Shown in pieces: positions 36,156-50,541 of a stretch of 64,000 nt of DNA. The stretch covers positions 10,478,001 through 10,542,000 of the forward strand of contig JBHGNT010000016.1 of assembly GCA_043228905.1 (NCBI GenBank), read 5' to 3'. The notes beneath the pieces were generated by a model. It was given only the letters and a program-made list of their open reading frames with translations. It searched no databases and was not told where the DNA came from. The translations under genes and the position numbers were made by a program. Every line of letters begins with the position of its first letter. The first letter of the stretch is position 1. This stretch comes from Azolla caroliniana (taxonomy: Eukaryota; Plantae; Polypodiophyta).

Positions 36156-38530
36156 TGTCGTGAGAATACACTCCCTCTTGTAAAGATTATATAAAGATAG
36201 TGGGTGCCGAATAGGAATGATAGCCAGGCAGGATATCCCTCGAAGTGGGGGGGGGGGGGGGGGGATATTTATCCCACATTGTATCATCCTTCCCTCCTTG
36301 GACCATAAAACAGGGAGGGGTCTCTTGTAAAGGGGTTGCCCATTTTTAGGTAGGAGTGTATGCCGTTAGATTTAGGGTTGGGTAGTTTTCTCTTATTCTT
36401 ATTTTCTTAGGTTTCTACTTTGGTCTCCTTCACCCTATCTCATTTTAGCGTTTCATTTTGGCAGGTTTCTTCTTCCTCTTCTTTCTTTTGGGTGTTCTTC
36501 TTGGAATGGTAGTTTAGCGTTTCTCGGGGATCCTATCTCTCTTCTTGGTTAGGGTTTAGTCGGGTTTAGAGCTTGCATGCTCTAAGGGTTTCCGTTTGTA
36601 GTTGTGTCTCTTGTGCAAGACCCCACTCGCGTAGGCGAGCCTGAGTGCTCCTAGACTGGTGGCTTGGCGGCATACAGTTGTAGTACTTCACCAAGAAGGC
36701 CCATTTTCCGTGCAAGACTTCCACTCGTGTAGGCGAGCCTGAGTGCTCCCCGACTGGTGCTTGCATGTGGACAGTTGATGTATATGTTCTGTACTAGCAT
36801 TGTAATTTCATGGTCTTGTATATACATTCATAAGAAGTTATGCATATCTGTGTCTCTGTTGGTGTTAGGTGTCTTTCTTTCTTTCCGTTTCTATACATAA
36901 GTAACATGTGTTGAGTCGGTGTTGTGCATATGCTCTCACTCACTCTCTCCCTCTCTCCCTCTTTCTGGTTCGGTAGCATCCAGTACGCATCTGGAATTGT
37001 ACTGGCTTGTGCCACAACCGGTGCAGCCGGTTCCGGACAGAGTCGGTCTCCCGACATCCATCTCTTCCTGGTCCATGACCTTGGTGGACCTGCCCGATCT
37101 GGCACATGCACGCGGAATACCGACATCTTTGGGGAACCTGATGTGAAAGGGCAGCAAGGGAGGATGGAGTTGGAAGACGATGACTTTGCGGAGATGGTGG
37201 CTGAAGTGGTGATCGAGTTCAGACGAGTGACGATGAGACGAGAAGCAAAGCAACAAGCTGTCAAGTGTGTGGTCGAAAGAGTCGGCCATTTTAACGGGGA
37301 CAAAGTCCCATTCTACTTCGAACCCTACAACTCGGAGATGGACATCCAAAGTGTAGACGAGGCGTTCAGGCTGAAGTTCTTTTGTCGGGTCATAGGCGAC
37401 CGTATGCACACGTAAGTAAAGGAGCTTCGAGAAGAACATAGTTTGTGGGAGGCCTTCAAAGAGGCGCTCCTACAGGCACACAGAGGATGCCCGAAGAGCC
37501 GGGGACAACGAGACTTCGGCCAGTGGGTTGCATCGGCGAAGACCCACCAGGGCGCAACGAAGGCGTTCCTAGAGTTCAGACGACACTTTGCTTGGCTCCC
37601 GGACCGGGAACAAAGACTGGTGGGGGTGGACAAATTCCTGCTATTCATTAGGTTGATCGACCAAGCGGAACGGGAGGCCATCAGAATGGAGCTCGAAGAT
37701 GACGATGGAGCGAATGGCCTTACCGAGGACTGGTCGAAAGTTGGACGAGTATGCCAATGGTTGGATTAAGAGCGGTCTGCTAAAGGAAAAGGGAAGATGA
37801 CATGTGGCGGCGCATTATCAGAGCAGGGAGTGGGCGCACAACGAGATGGAATAGTGAAGATCAATGTCGAGGCCCTGGTCCGGGAAGCGTACGATGCTCT
37901 TATAGCGATGGTCAAGGAAGACGAGAGATCCGGGGCGCAGTCGGATTCCGGACATCTAGAGCTAATCGGCCTTCTGAACGAGACGGATGTGGCCCATGCG
38001 GAGGTAGTATGACGCTACGATGGTACCACGGGAGAGGGTGTGGAACAAGTCACCCTCTCAGCTTGCGGAGAAACACCGACCAAGGATAAGGTTGGATTTG
38101 GGGAGATAATGATCGCGGTTTCGGATAGAGACCGATGGGTTCAGGCACCACTGCCTGAAACTATGGACTTTGGAGAGGCAAGCCCAAGTTGGGCTTGTGC
38201 GATCGGAGAAGAGATAGCTTCCACCTACCCCATCTAAGAAGAGTCGGTGGCTATAGACAAGTTGTTGGATGCCATACATACGAAATCGTTCCCTACATCG
38301 TTTCCGGAGACTTCGGCAGTTCGGCCAATGTCGCAACGTGAGACCGGAGAGATGGAAGGCGGCAACAAGGAGTCCTGGCACGATGCCAGCGAAGATGCAT
38401 TGGAGATGGCTTGCGAGGAGGCCAAGGATGGAGTCGTGGTGGAGCGAAAGAAAGAGGTGAGCGGCGATGCCGAAAAGGGCGGAGCTGGGAGTCAACCTGA
38501 TCGGGAGTCGATCCGGTCAGCACTCCGATT
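36156..38530 (+). mobile_element. Trp-PBS gypsy 5' part: LTR 36156-37125, PBS 37130-37147, decayed gag ~37163-37770, low-complexity tail
   Basis: TGTCG...CCGACA termini, PBS TGGGGAACCTGATGTGAA, gag VGHFNGDKV...LELEDDDG-type motif...LTEDW homologous to the 61178 gag. Confidence 0.8.
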
Positions 38531-39760
38531 CCGAAAGTGTTTTTAGAATTCCAGGTATTGAAGTCTACAAGAATATAAGGTATGGAGCATTCAAGGTCAA
38601 TAATAGGAATCAAGGTCTTGAGGATAAGTCAAACTAAAAGCAAGATACATGGAGAAAAGTGAAAGAAGAAAAAAGTGGGTCACTAAAACATAGTCTGAAA
38701 CGAACGATCATAACTCATTCGTTTGGACGTCAAATATCATGTTCAAATATGGATTAGAAATCGTATGAAGAGAGCTATCCGTAGCTTTTTAAAGCTCTAC
38801 ATTTGGAGGTTGGATGAGGGAGATATTACGATTAGAAGATCGTTGTGTCATAGCTAAGAATAGGAGATGGAAAACTTCTAAAAAAAGCGTAGAAAAGAAA
38901 GCAAGGGAAGCTTATCTAGGAGAGGAGAACTTCATATAAAGAAAGAACTTCATATTTGTCGTTGTATCTTCTTTCTCTTTTCCTTCTATCATGATCATTC
39001 ATGATCAATAGATCTTTGTAGTTTTGGTTTTATATATCTTCTTTATCTTTTCTTTCTATCATCACCCTATCATTTTGGTGCTCCAGGGAGGGTAGATCTT
39101 TTCCGCATCTTGGGAAGATTGATTGTGTCGTAGTGTTATGTGGATATGGCTTTTCAATTTTCCTTTGCAGGTGATGGTGTTCAAGATGCGGGAGCCTTTT
39201 TGGCATGCTTTGAGCATCACGCAGTTTCAATCGGGAAGGTGAATGACATAGAGAAACTTCCCTTGTTGGTGGCAACTTTCTACTCAAGGGCCCGGGAGTG
39301 GTATGAGTCATTGCCTCCCAACCAACAATCAAACTACCAATTGCTCCTTCAACAATTTCGAAGCAGATTCATCCGACGTCGTAATGTGATGGACGTACGA
39401 GAGGAACTCTTTGTGTTGCATATGTCAACATTGATGGAGTATTCTGAGTACGAGAGGGTGTTCAAAGAGCTTTGGTCAACATGGATCCGTCTACGAGGAG
39501 GCGTAGAGGATGAGTGGTTCAAGATGGATCGCTTCAAGGCGGGCTTGAATCCTTACTTTGCAATGGAGGCAAATTTGAAGGACCCAACCAATTTTCAAAC
39601 TCTTCTACAAGTATGTCAAATTTATGATAGACAACTAAAAGTGATGCGGATGGGAGTCAACACAACGATGGCAATAGCTAGTGCGAATGTGGTGCCGATT
39701 CTAAATGCTCCACATCCATCCTCTATTGTACATGGAGGATAGGTTTTTCCAAACATCTTT
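38531..39760 (+). mobile_element. Truncated LTR element related to 48620-57694: LTR to 39072, PBS 39076-39093, gag 39140-39742
   Basis: LTR is homologous to 48620-49260. PBS TGGTGCTCCAGGGAGGG. Retrotransposon-gag motif RAREWYESLP...FRSRF...RFKAGL. Confidence 0.8.
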
Positions 39761-40201
39761 AATTGTAATATAACGTTGGTGAGGGTTGTTCACTAATATT
39801 TACATTAGTGAAGGGTATGTTCACTAATGTTAAAAAAAGGGGCTAATGTGATTGGATAGAAGGAATGATAGGGGCATGCAATATGATGATTTGGGCAACC
39901 AATGAATGGAGACCCTTTTTGAAAGGCACATCTATTCAAGGGGCCTGTCGAAAGGTTGTTGTCTTAGACACTGGTGGTGTGGGCTAGGCTTTCGTCTTAA
40001 AAACATGGGGGAAAACATAGCTAAGATGTCTTTCTCGGATCTCGAATCACATCTCATATGTCAAGAGGGGTAAAGGCATGAGATGCTTTCTTGGTAAAGT
40101 TCTTACAATCATAATTTAAGCATTCATTTTGCTTGTGTATTTTTTGAACCTCCTTATTTATATTGCATACCCACAACTTGCATTATGGAATAAGTTTTGA
40201 A

Positions 40202-40737
40202 TGTTGTTGGAGCGATCTCTCCGACCGAGACCTCTCAACTCCAATCCGGATCTCGCACACAGGTTGAGATCACTATTGTATGTTTGTCTTCCGGGACTTT
40301 AGTTAGGGTTAATGGTAATGATGATTGGTGATGGAGATGGTGTGTTTGATGAGGATGATGAGCACTATGGGATTGATGGTGAGAGAGACGAAAAGCATTG
40401 AGAAGAATTGTGGGGTGGGGGGTGGTGCCTAGAATGGCTCCACCCCCCTCCCAAGGGGTTCAACGTTAAGGGGAGAGAGAAGAAGAGAGATGACAAAGAG
40501 AGAGAGAGAGAGATTAAGAGAGAAATGTTCATTCATGTTTCATTCATTCCCCATAAGGGGTTAAATAGTACAAGAGGGGGTAGATACATAGGGGTGTAAG
40601 CCCCCTTGAGCATTCATACTGGACACTCACTCACACCTCCTCGTATCCATCCACACGCACACACGTGTGCATGTGTTCACATACGTATAGACTCACAATT
40701 ATGTTTATGCCCCATACACCACAACATCATGATAACA
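40202..40737 (-). mobile_element. Probable solo LTR
   Basis: TGTTGT...ATAACA termini, imperfect TSD TTGAA/TTCAA, GA tract. Confidence 0.55.
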
Positions 40738-41983
40738 TTCAACCCTCGCTCATCACACTTGACTCTCCGTACATCTCGTACGGGGTAACATTGAGAAATT
40801 GCTCACTACTACCTTGAATCAATTGGCAGAAATGAGGCAAACCAATATGGCATTGGAAAATAAATTCCAAGAATCGACTATTGAGTCCAAGAAAGAAGGT
40901 GAACCTTCTTTCGTAGTTATGTCATTCAAGGGAGATAAGAAAGAAAGAACTGAGGAGGCCATTAACACTTGGCTTGGTCATTGGGAGTTTCACATTGAGC
41001 TCCACCCCAAGCCCAATGCTATAAAAATTGGTTATGTCGGTCGTGAGTTAGGTGGTCGAGCTGCTGCTTGGTGGTGTGGCCTAAGGACTGCAAAGAACTT
41101 ACCCACAACTTGGGAAGGTTTCATTGATGTTATTAAGAAACATTTTTTGTAGCCACCTTCTCAAACTGAACAAGCGCAACACTTGCTCACATTGTCGAGT
41201 AGGCCATTTACCTCTCTCGAGGATTACGTGCATCATGCTTGGACCTAGATTAAAAAATCGGGATTTACGGGTTAAAAATGGTTTGCTGATTGCTTTTTGA
41301 ATGGTATTCTCAATGGGGATTACCATTGGATTATCCATGACAAGGACCCCACAACTTTCGAGGAAGCCGTCAACATTGTACTTCGGTACTATAGGACTTC
41401 CAAGAAAGACCACAATAAACCTAAGTTCACCAAAACTCTGAATGTCAAGTTCATTGGGAAACATAAGCAATCATGTGACACTCTTGGCCGCGACTCCAAG
41501 AAACTGAACTTCTTCTGTGCATATTGTAAGAAGTGCAGCCACACAAAGGATATCTGCCGTCATCTTGAGAGGAAGTCAATGAACACCCCTCCTCAAGACA
41601 AATCTATGAGTCACACAGGTGAGTATTTTGATGTTGTTGACGTTCATACCAACCACTTAAGTTCATGTGAATGCACTTTTCCTTCAGATTTACTTAGACC
41701 TAATGATTTACTCCGAGCAATCGAGTATATCAATAGAACACAAGTACATTTCTTGTTTGATTCCGGTAGTTCTCACAATTTTTTTAATGATCACTTTGTG
41801 CAGCAAATGGAACTCCACATAAACGCAAGTGATCATATCTATCAAGTTCACATGGCAAATGGAAGCATTCAATACATCAATGGCATTGTTTGTCAACTGC
41901 CAATTCAAATAGATACATTTATTTGGAGAAGCTAGACTTTCATGTTATGAAACTACAATCCATAGATGTCATTTTAGGATATC

Positions 41984-44900
41984 TGTTGAGAATCAAGCTC
42001 AACTTGGTCTAGTGTGTGAACTCACCTTGAGAGTGAATAGACACTCCAACGGTCAAGAGTCACCATTATGTCACCACTTTGTATTCTAGCATTTAATATG
42101 AGTCATATAATCATATTCTATGACACATAACTTATGAGCTTTCACATTCCCCATGCTCCATGAGTGTTGTAGTTAATGAAGAGAGAGGGGGTGACTATAT
42201 AAAGCACCCTCCTCCCACCTTGTATAATGTTGAGTCTTTCTCCTTTGTTAATATTCTTTACCTTGCATATTCTCTGTGTCTTACTCCTTGTCTCTCTCTC
42301 TCACTCACTCTCTCTCATACACACACAGTTCATATCTATTCCGCTACACAGAATCCATTTCTTGATTCTTTACATGGTATCAGAGCGGTTTGGTAGCTCC
42401 ACCTAGCCCATCCGCGTGTGTTGAGCTCTATGCCGACGTTCAAGAAGAACCGGCTCATCGTTATCGTAGCTTCTCTACATAGCTCGCATTCGAAGAGAGA
42501 AGAAGAAGAAGAAGAAGAATCGACATAATGAATACTCAAATGGGGAGCGCTCTCCCTACCGAGAAGTTGGATCGAAACAACTTCGCATCTTGGGAGTACA
42601 AGATGCACCAATACCTTGTTAGACAAGGCTATTGGAGCTACATCAAAGGAGCGCACAAAGACCGATGCGTCGAAACGGCTCCCGGATACGTGACATGGGA
42701 GCAAGCTACGTGATGTATTTCTTGGCGACATGTCTTCACGATCACATGCTCGGCTACATTCGCGAAGCCAAGACGCCAAAGGAGGCATGGGAAAATCTAC
42801 GAAAGATTTTTGTGGCGAACACAACCGCAAGAAGGCTTCAACTCCACCAAGAGTTGAACAACATTCAACAAAGCGACATGTCCATCACGACATACACCTT
42901 GAAGATCAAGGAGCTTTGCGACTTGCTCAGCTCGATAAGCGTAAATATCAATGATGATGAGATGGCGCAAGTATGCCTCGTCTGCCTCGCACCACGGTTC
43001 GGTGCGATCAAGAAATCTCCCTCCTTCTTCGAGCTCCAATCAATGCTATTGGTCGAAGAAAACCATGACATTGCGTACAAGGAGCAATGAGTCGGAAGGC
43101 CACATGCTCTACACGCACTCGAACGGAGGAAGAGGAAGCGGACGAGCGAGAGGCCGATTCGGCCAAGGACAAGGTGGACGAGGTCCGACCTGCGACAACA
43201 ACTCCCAATTTCGGCCGCAAAACGGAAGCCAATGAGAAACCTTCGCAAGAAGGGGGAGCTTCCACTCTAGCCTGAGCCATCAAAACGCAACCGAATGCGG
43301 ATATTGTGGAAAGCCCGTCCACCATGAAGAAGAGTGCCGAAAGAAAATGCAGGAATCAGCTTCCACAAGCTGACAACTCACGAATTACACGCACAACTCC
43401 AACTATGAAGATCATGGGGGAATGTATGCACACAACTCTGACCGTGGCGGAATGTTCATGATGAAACATAGAGCAAACTCTTTGTCGGCCTCTACCTCAA
43501 CTAGTGCCCTCAATCTAGAGGAAGTATGGTTTGTTGACTCCGGAGCCTCAAACCATATGAAATCTCATAAAGAATGGTTTCTCGAACTTCAAGAGACGGA
43601 GCGACCCGGTTATGTCGAAACCGGAGATGACACTACGCACCCGATTCGGCAAATCGGCAATGTTCCGTTCGGCGAAAGAGGTAAGCAAACATACATTAAA
43701 AATGTCTTGCATGTTCCCACCATCACGAAGAACTTGGTCTCGGTCGGCCAAATGGTTGAGCAAGGGATGCAAGTACAATTCGACCAAGAAGGGTGCTTCA
43801 TCGAAAAAGGGGGCCGAATCATCGCGTGCGGAAGAAGACAGGGCCGGATGTTCATTCTCGATTCACACGAGATGAAATCCACCATGTTCGCAAAAAGCAC
43901 GAAAGCCGACTCCAACATAGAGCTATGGCACAAGCGAATCGGCCACATCAATCTCAACAAACTCAAAGCAATGAAATTGAAAGCAATCGTCATCGGACTC
44001 CCGACATTCAAAGAGAAGGAGATTGAAGGTGTATGCAAAGTGTGCCAATTTGGCAAGCAACACCGACATCCATTCCCCAAAGAGCAGAACGTGAGCAAAG
44101 ATCTACTCGACATAGTCCATTCCGACATATGGGGATTGGCGCAGACGGCTACATTCGGCGGATTCCGATATTACGTGCTCTTCATCGACGACTTCTCCAG
44201 GCACACGTGGCTCTATCCGATGCACAAAAGAGAGAAGTGTTCAGACACTTCCAAAGTTTTAAAAACGAACTCCAAAAGGCCACTGGTCGTCCTGTATGAT
44301 GCCTTCGATTGGATGGCGGCAAGGAGTACTTCTCGGACGATTTCACAGCATATCTCCGAAAGGAAGGAATTCGGCGAGAATTCACTTGCCGACACACTCC
44401 GCAACAAAACGGAGTAGCCGAGAGCAAAAATCGGCATATCCTCGAAGTAGTGCGGGCCATGATGAACGAGAAGCATATGCCCAAGTCATATTGGGCCGAA
44501 GCTGCAAATACAGCCGTCTACTTAATGAATTGGTGCACAACATCCGGAGTGCACGAGGTCACTCCGCACGAAAAATACTTCGGAAAGAAGCCGGATTTAT
44601 CACACACCCGGATATTCGGTGCGATAGTATACGTGCACATACCCAACAAAAAGCGGCAAAAGCTAGATCCAAAGTCGGAGAAATGTATCCTCGTAGGATA
44701 CTCACTCGAACAAAAGGTGGTACAAATGCTACAACCCATCTACCCAAAAAGTTCGAGTAAGTCGAGACGTTGTGTTGGACGAATCCGCATCTTGGTACGC
44801 ACTAGAGAAGATTCCGACTTCGACCCTGATCGACGCAGAACCGGCCGAACAAGATCGAGAAGGTCGAAATCTCTTCGAAGACATGTTCGAAGATAGCCCG

Positions 44901-47317
44901 ATTACCACAAGACTAAGTGGGCCACAAGAGCCCCTGCGCGATCAAAGCACATCACGGCCTAGCCCAAAGATGGACAAAGGCAAGGCGAAAATGACGGAAT
45001 ACGAAGACGATCGCTTCGACGACGATGAGTCGACTCACTCACTTGACAGTGAGATCGGCGGCTTCGATGTACCAATCGGAACTAAGAAAGCCCTCACCCG
45101 TGAAAAGAAAGCTCTATCCCCCACCCGTGAAAAGAATTTAGTTAGCCAATTCGGTTACAACGACTACATGGCATATCACTATGCCTTTATGATGAAGATG
45201 GCGATAGTACGCTGGCCAGAAACATTTTCCGAAGCAGCCAAGGATCCACGATAGATCGAAGCCATGAACGAGGAGATGCAGGCACTACGCAAGAATGAGA
45301 CATGGGATCTCGTTCCCACCTCACGACACAAAAAGGCGATTGGATGCAGATGGATTTACAAAGTGAAGTACAACGCCGACGGTTCTGTCAACCGCTACAA
45401 AGCGCGACTCGTAGCAAAAGGCTACGCCCAAACACAGGGAGTTGACTATGAGGAGACCTTTGCCCCAGTGGCAAAGATGACGATGGTACGGACCGTAATT
45501 GCACTTGCCTCGGCGAAAGGGTGGCACCTCCATCAAATGGACGTCAAGAACACCTTTCTACAAGGCGAATTAGAAGAGGAGGTGTACATGATAGAACCAC
45601 CCGACTTCAACTCGAGCACCCATCCGAAAGCTGTATGCCAACTCAAGAAGCCACTCTACAGCCTCAAGCAAGCACCGCGTGCTTGGCATTTGAAGATAAC
45701 GCAATATCTTCATCAAATCAGCTTCCGTATGTCAAAATCAGACAACTCCCTCTACATACGAAGCGAATCCACAAGTCCGATCGTCATCATCTTATATGTG
45801 GATGACCTAGTCATTGGAGGTGAGCATCTCGTCGAAATCAATAAGGTCAAATCCCTCCTTTCCGACAAGTTCAAGATGACGGACATGAAGGAGCTCCACT
45901 ACTTCCTCGGCATCGAGGTAATTCGGACTCCGGCCGGAATCTTGATCTCTCAACGGCACTACATCCTCAACTTGGTATACAAGTTCAGTATGGCTGAGTG
46001 CAAATCCGCGGCAACCCCGCTCGATCGCAATCTCAAACTAGATGCGAACTCCGGCACCAAAGCGTGTGAGCCAACTCAGTATCGGCAACTCATCGGGAGT
46101 CTCATCTACCTCACGATCACTCGACCCGATCTCAGTTATCCGTTCGGTCTCCTTAGTCAATTCATGCAAACATCGTGTGATACTCACTTGGATTGCGATA
46201 AGCGAGTTCTACGATGCTTGAGTGGCACAATGGATTGCGGCATCCTCTACAAGACCACGATGCCAATAGGACTCGAGGGCTACACAAACACCGATTGGAC
46301 CGGCTACAAAGCCAATAGAAGATCAACCTCCGGATTTACTTTTTCCCTCGGCAGCAGGGCAATATCTTGGAGTAGCAAAAAGCAACCAACCGTTGCTCTT
46401 TCGAGCATAGAGGCGGAATACAAGGGCGCGGCAGTGGCCACATGTGAAGCCGTATGGCTCAAAAGGATACTCAAGGATATGGGCGTACCCATCAAGGATC
46501 CAACAAGTTCCCTTTACTGCGACAACATGAGCAGTATCTATCTGGCTCGGAACTCGGTGTTCCATGCGCGGACAAAGCACATCGAAGTGCACTATCACTT
46601 CATCCGAGAGCACGTTCTAGCTGGCGATGTTGACCTACAACACATTAGCACAAATCTTCAAACGGCCGACATCTTCACTAAAGCCTTAGGAGCCGACAAG
46701 CTATGGCAATTCATGACCGATCTTGGATTGACGACCCCTGACCTGCCAAGCTTGAGGGGGAGTACTGAAGACACTACGCAATAACGTGTGGATTCCACAA
46801 CTGCACAACGAAGTCTGTGAAGAGCCGAAGCACAGACTTTGCAACTACGCACAACGCAAGCTGGAGCACGGATTTCGGATACCGTCTGAAACCGACCCGA
46901 CTTGAGCTTGAGGGGGCGTGTTGAGAGTCAAGCTCAACTTGGTCTAGTGTGTGAACTCACCTTAAGAGTGAATAGACACTTCAACGGTCAAGAGTCACCA
47001 TTATGTCACCACTTTGTATTCTAGCATTTAGTATGCGTTATAGAATCATATTCTATGACACATAACTTATGAGCTTTCACATTCCCCATGTTCCATGAGT
47101 GTTGTAGTTAATGAAGAGAGAGGGTGACTATATAAAGCACCCTCCTCCCACCTTGTATAATGTTGAGTCTTTCTCCTTTGTTAATATTCTTTACCTTGCA
47201 TATTCTCTGTGTCTTACTCCTTGCCTCTCTCACTCACTCTCTCTCTCTCTCTCTCTCATACACACACATAGTTCATATCTATTCCGCTGCATAGAATCCA
47301 TCTCTTGATTCTTTACA
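41984..47317 (+). mobile_element. Full-length Ty1/copia element E4
   Basis: LTRs 41984-42374 and 46919-47317. PBS TGGTATCAGAGC at 42375-42386. PPT at 46910-46918. TSD ATATC/ATACC interrupts the host DVILGYPWF. Confidence 0.95.
42528..46784 (+). pseudogene. E4 gag-pol, fragmented; RT-RNase H segment 45264-46784 still open (506 aa)
   Basis: WFVDSGASNHM protease, integrase 43900-44800, YVDDL, RNase H ARTKHIEVHYHF. Confidence 0.93.
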
Positions 47318-49263
47318 ATACCCTTGGTTTTTTAATAAAAACCCTTCTTTGTTCATTGATTGGGTTAATCACTCAATTACATTTGAACTTAATAATTGTA
47401 ACCATTTTATTCAATGTTCCAAACTCCATTCTCGTTCACTTGTGTCTTCTAAATCTTTACGTGAGTATTCTAGTTCATTAATTTATTTGTGTGAAATTGA
47501 TCCTGCGCTTCAATTTTATTATTTTAATATTGACGTCACACAATTACCACATTATGAACAACGATTAGTCAGTCTATTTTAGACGATTTTCAGGACGATT
47601 TTCCTCACGAATTGCCGCTTACTTTACCACCAAAACGTAATGTGGACCATCAAATTGAACTCATCCCCAGTGCTGCTCCTATGAGCATTCCACCTTATCG
47701 ACTCAGTCGATTAGAAGAGTATGAGATCACTAAACAACTTAAGGAATACTTCGTATGGGCCACATTAGGTATAGTAAATCACCTTGGGGTGCGCCAGTTC
47801 TATTAGTTAAGAAGAAGGAAGGTTCATGGTGAATGTGCATCAATTATCGCCGTTTGAATAAAATGACAATTAAAAATGCATATATGTTACCTCGTGCCGA
47901 TCATTTGATTCATCATTTGCATGGGGCCCGATATTTTACAAAAATTGACTTCTGAAAAGGTTATCCATCAGCTTCGCATTGCGAGGATGGTATTCCTAAA
48001 ACCACTTTTCGTACACGCTATGACTAATGTTGTAGCCACATTCCAACAAGCGATGAATGATATTTTCCGAGATCAACTCGGTGATTTTGTTGTCGTCTTC
48101 TTGGATGATATTTTGATATATAGTTGTACCTTGCAAGGTCATGTTCAACATGTTCGATTTGTTTTGTAAAATTTGTGTGACAACTCTTTCCATGCAAAAC
48201 ATTCAAAATGTGATTTTTTCCAAAAATCTATTGTGTACCTAGGTCATTTAATTACGGAAAATGGCGTTGAAATTGAACCTTATCGTATTCAAAACGTTAA
48301 AATTTGGCCCATTCCTCATAATATTCATGAATTGCGATCATTCTTAGGGTTTGTTGGATTTTTACGAAAATCAATTCGTAACTATTCCACATTGACTGCA
48401 CCATTAACTGACCTTTTAAAAGGTCATCCACGTAAGTTTGTTAAACCGATTGCATGGAATGAACAACTTGACAAATCATTTGAGACATTCAAAGAGCATG
48501 TGTGTCACACTCTCACTTTTCTATTACCAGACCTTTCTAAGCCTTTCTCAATCAAAATCGATGCTAGTGATTATGCTATTGGTGCTGTTCTTTATCAAGG
48601 CAGTCACCCTATTGCTTTGTGTGAAAGTGTTTTCAGAATTCAAGGTATTGAAGTCTACAAAAATATAAGGTATGGAGCATTCACACCCGAAGGCCAAGAA
48701 CACGAGCTAAGGTTTCAAGTATAAGTCAAACTAAAAACAAGAAAGATGGAGAAAAGTAAAAGAAGGAAAAAGCAGACCACCAAAACGTAGTCAGAAACAA
48801 ATGCTCATAACTCTCTCGTTTGACACCCAAATATCACGTGTAAATATGGGTTAGAAAGCTTATGACGAGAGCTATCCGTAGCTTTTTAAAACTCTAAATT
48901 TGGAGCATGGATGAGGGAGATATGACGATTAGAAGATCGTTGTGTCATAGCTAAGAATAGGAGATGGAAAAGCTCTAAAAAAAGCGTGGAAAAGAAAGCA
49001 AGCGAAACTTATCTACTAGAGGAGAACTTCATATAAAGCAAGAAGAGTGAGGTGGTGAGAAGAGAGCCTTTTTCTTGTGGGGTTTTTCTTGCCTATTCAT
49101 GTAGTGCGTTTTTCTAGTTATCAATTGATCCTTGTAGGCTTGAGTTTATGTATCTTCTTTCTCTTGTTTCTATGATCATCACTCCTTATTAATATATCTT
49201 TGTAGATTTGGATTTCTATATCTTCCTTCTCTCTCTTTTCTATCATCTTCTCTCTTTTCATTT

Positions 49264-49281
49264 TGGCGCTCCAGGGAGGGT
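49264..49281 (+). promoter_or_regulatory. PBS for a non-Met tRNA, possibly tRNA-Asn
   Basis: TGGCGCTCCAGGGAGGGT implies a tRNA ending CCCTCCCTGGAGCG-CCA (G discriminator). The isoacceptor identity is inferred. Confidence 0.6.
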
Positions 49282-50083
49282 CGATCCTTTCCATATAACG
49301 GGAGGAACGGTTGTCCACTAATTGATGGTTGGATCTACCGATTCATCATCAAACTAATGGCACGATATGGAGTTCGCGATGCGACAGATCTACGAAGAGA
49401 ACTTTTCCAATTGCGTATGGTTTCACCAATGTGCTACCTCGAGTATGAGAAGACGTTTTTGGATATATGGTCCACTTGGATTGGACTTGTTGGAGGCATT
49501 GAAGATGTATACTTCAAGATGGAAAGATTCAAAGCAGGGCTAGATCCATATTTTCAATATGAAGTGCATATGAAGTACCCAAGGTCTTTCCATGATTTGC
49601 TTCGAGTATGTCAAAGTTATGATCAACAATTGAAGAAGTTGTTATTCGGTGAAGCATATGGAGTATCGGCGTCATATACCATAAATCCAAGCTATAATAA
49701 TTGTGGATCGGTCATGAGCCAACAACCAACATACTTGCAATGTCCGATTCAACAGGTTCCCTCATATCATTATTCTAATTTTTGGAGTTATAATGATGTC
49801 TATGAAGGTGATTCCAGAGACTATGAAGAAGAGGTGATGAATGTGGAGTTCCCCCATCTAGTTCATGAGGGCAACCATGATATAAAGAATGATGATGTGA
49901 AAGACGAATCTAATGAGATTGTTATGAGAAGCGATGTTATGGATGGTGATGCCAATGTACATCATGTTGAGAGCATTATTGATACAACAAGCGATATGGT
50001 GGTTGATGATGAATATGTGCAAGATGAAATGGAAGATATGACAAAAGAAGTTGTTGATGGTGAAGTACCCACAACGAAGTTGC

Positions 50084-50539
50084 TGTCATAACTAGACTCG
50101 AACCCATAACCTTTTGTTACACGGGTCGAGACTTTACCATTAGGTTATGAATTGTAATTTGAAGGATATTATTTTCATTTAGGTTTTATTGGGAAATTGA
50201 TGTATATTCCAGATTTCTCTGGAACATTCTAGAAACTTCAGGAGTATTCCTGAAGACACTATAAAAGGAGGCGCAAGGCATTAGTTCGAACCAAATCGGT
50301 TCAACGCCAGTCTTAAGCCTTCTAACTACTGTTGTATATCTTCCTTCATATAATACATATATCTTTCGCATCATCATTCTCTCTCTCTCTCTCTCTCTCT
50401 CACTCACTCATTCCTTCTCTCAAAAGTTCGACACCTCTCATAGTACTAATCCTTCTCTGTCTTAGTACTATTCCCCAACAATAGTACTAATCCTTCTTTT
50501 AGTACTAATTCCTTCTCTGCCTTAATAGAGTTCCTGACA
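50084..50539 (+). repeat. 5' LTR of intact chromovirus
   Basis: TGTCA...TGACA termini, TATAAAA at ~50260, CT tract. Confidence 0.97.
50086..50150 (-). promoter_or_regulatory. tRNA-like A/B-box module at the LTR start, antisense (repeated at ~55388-55452)
   Basis: Reverse complement TCATAACCTAATGGTAAAG...ATGGGTTCGAGTCTAGTTATGA, with A and B starts 43 nt apart and a closing TCATAAC/GTTATGA stem. Confidence 0.6.
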
Positions 50540-50541
50540 GT

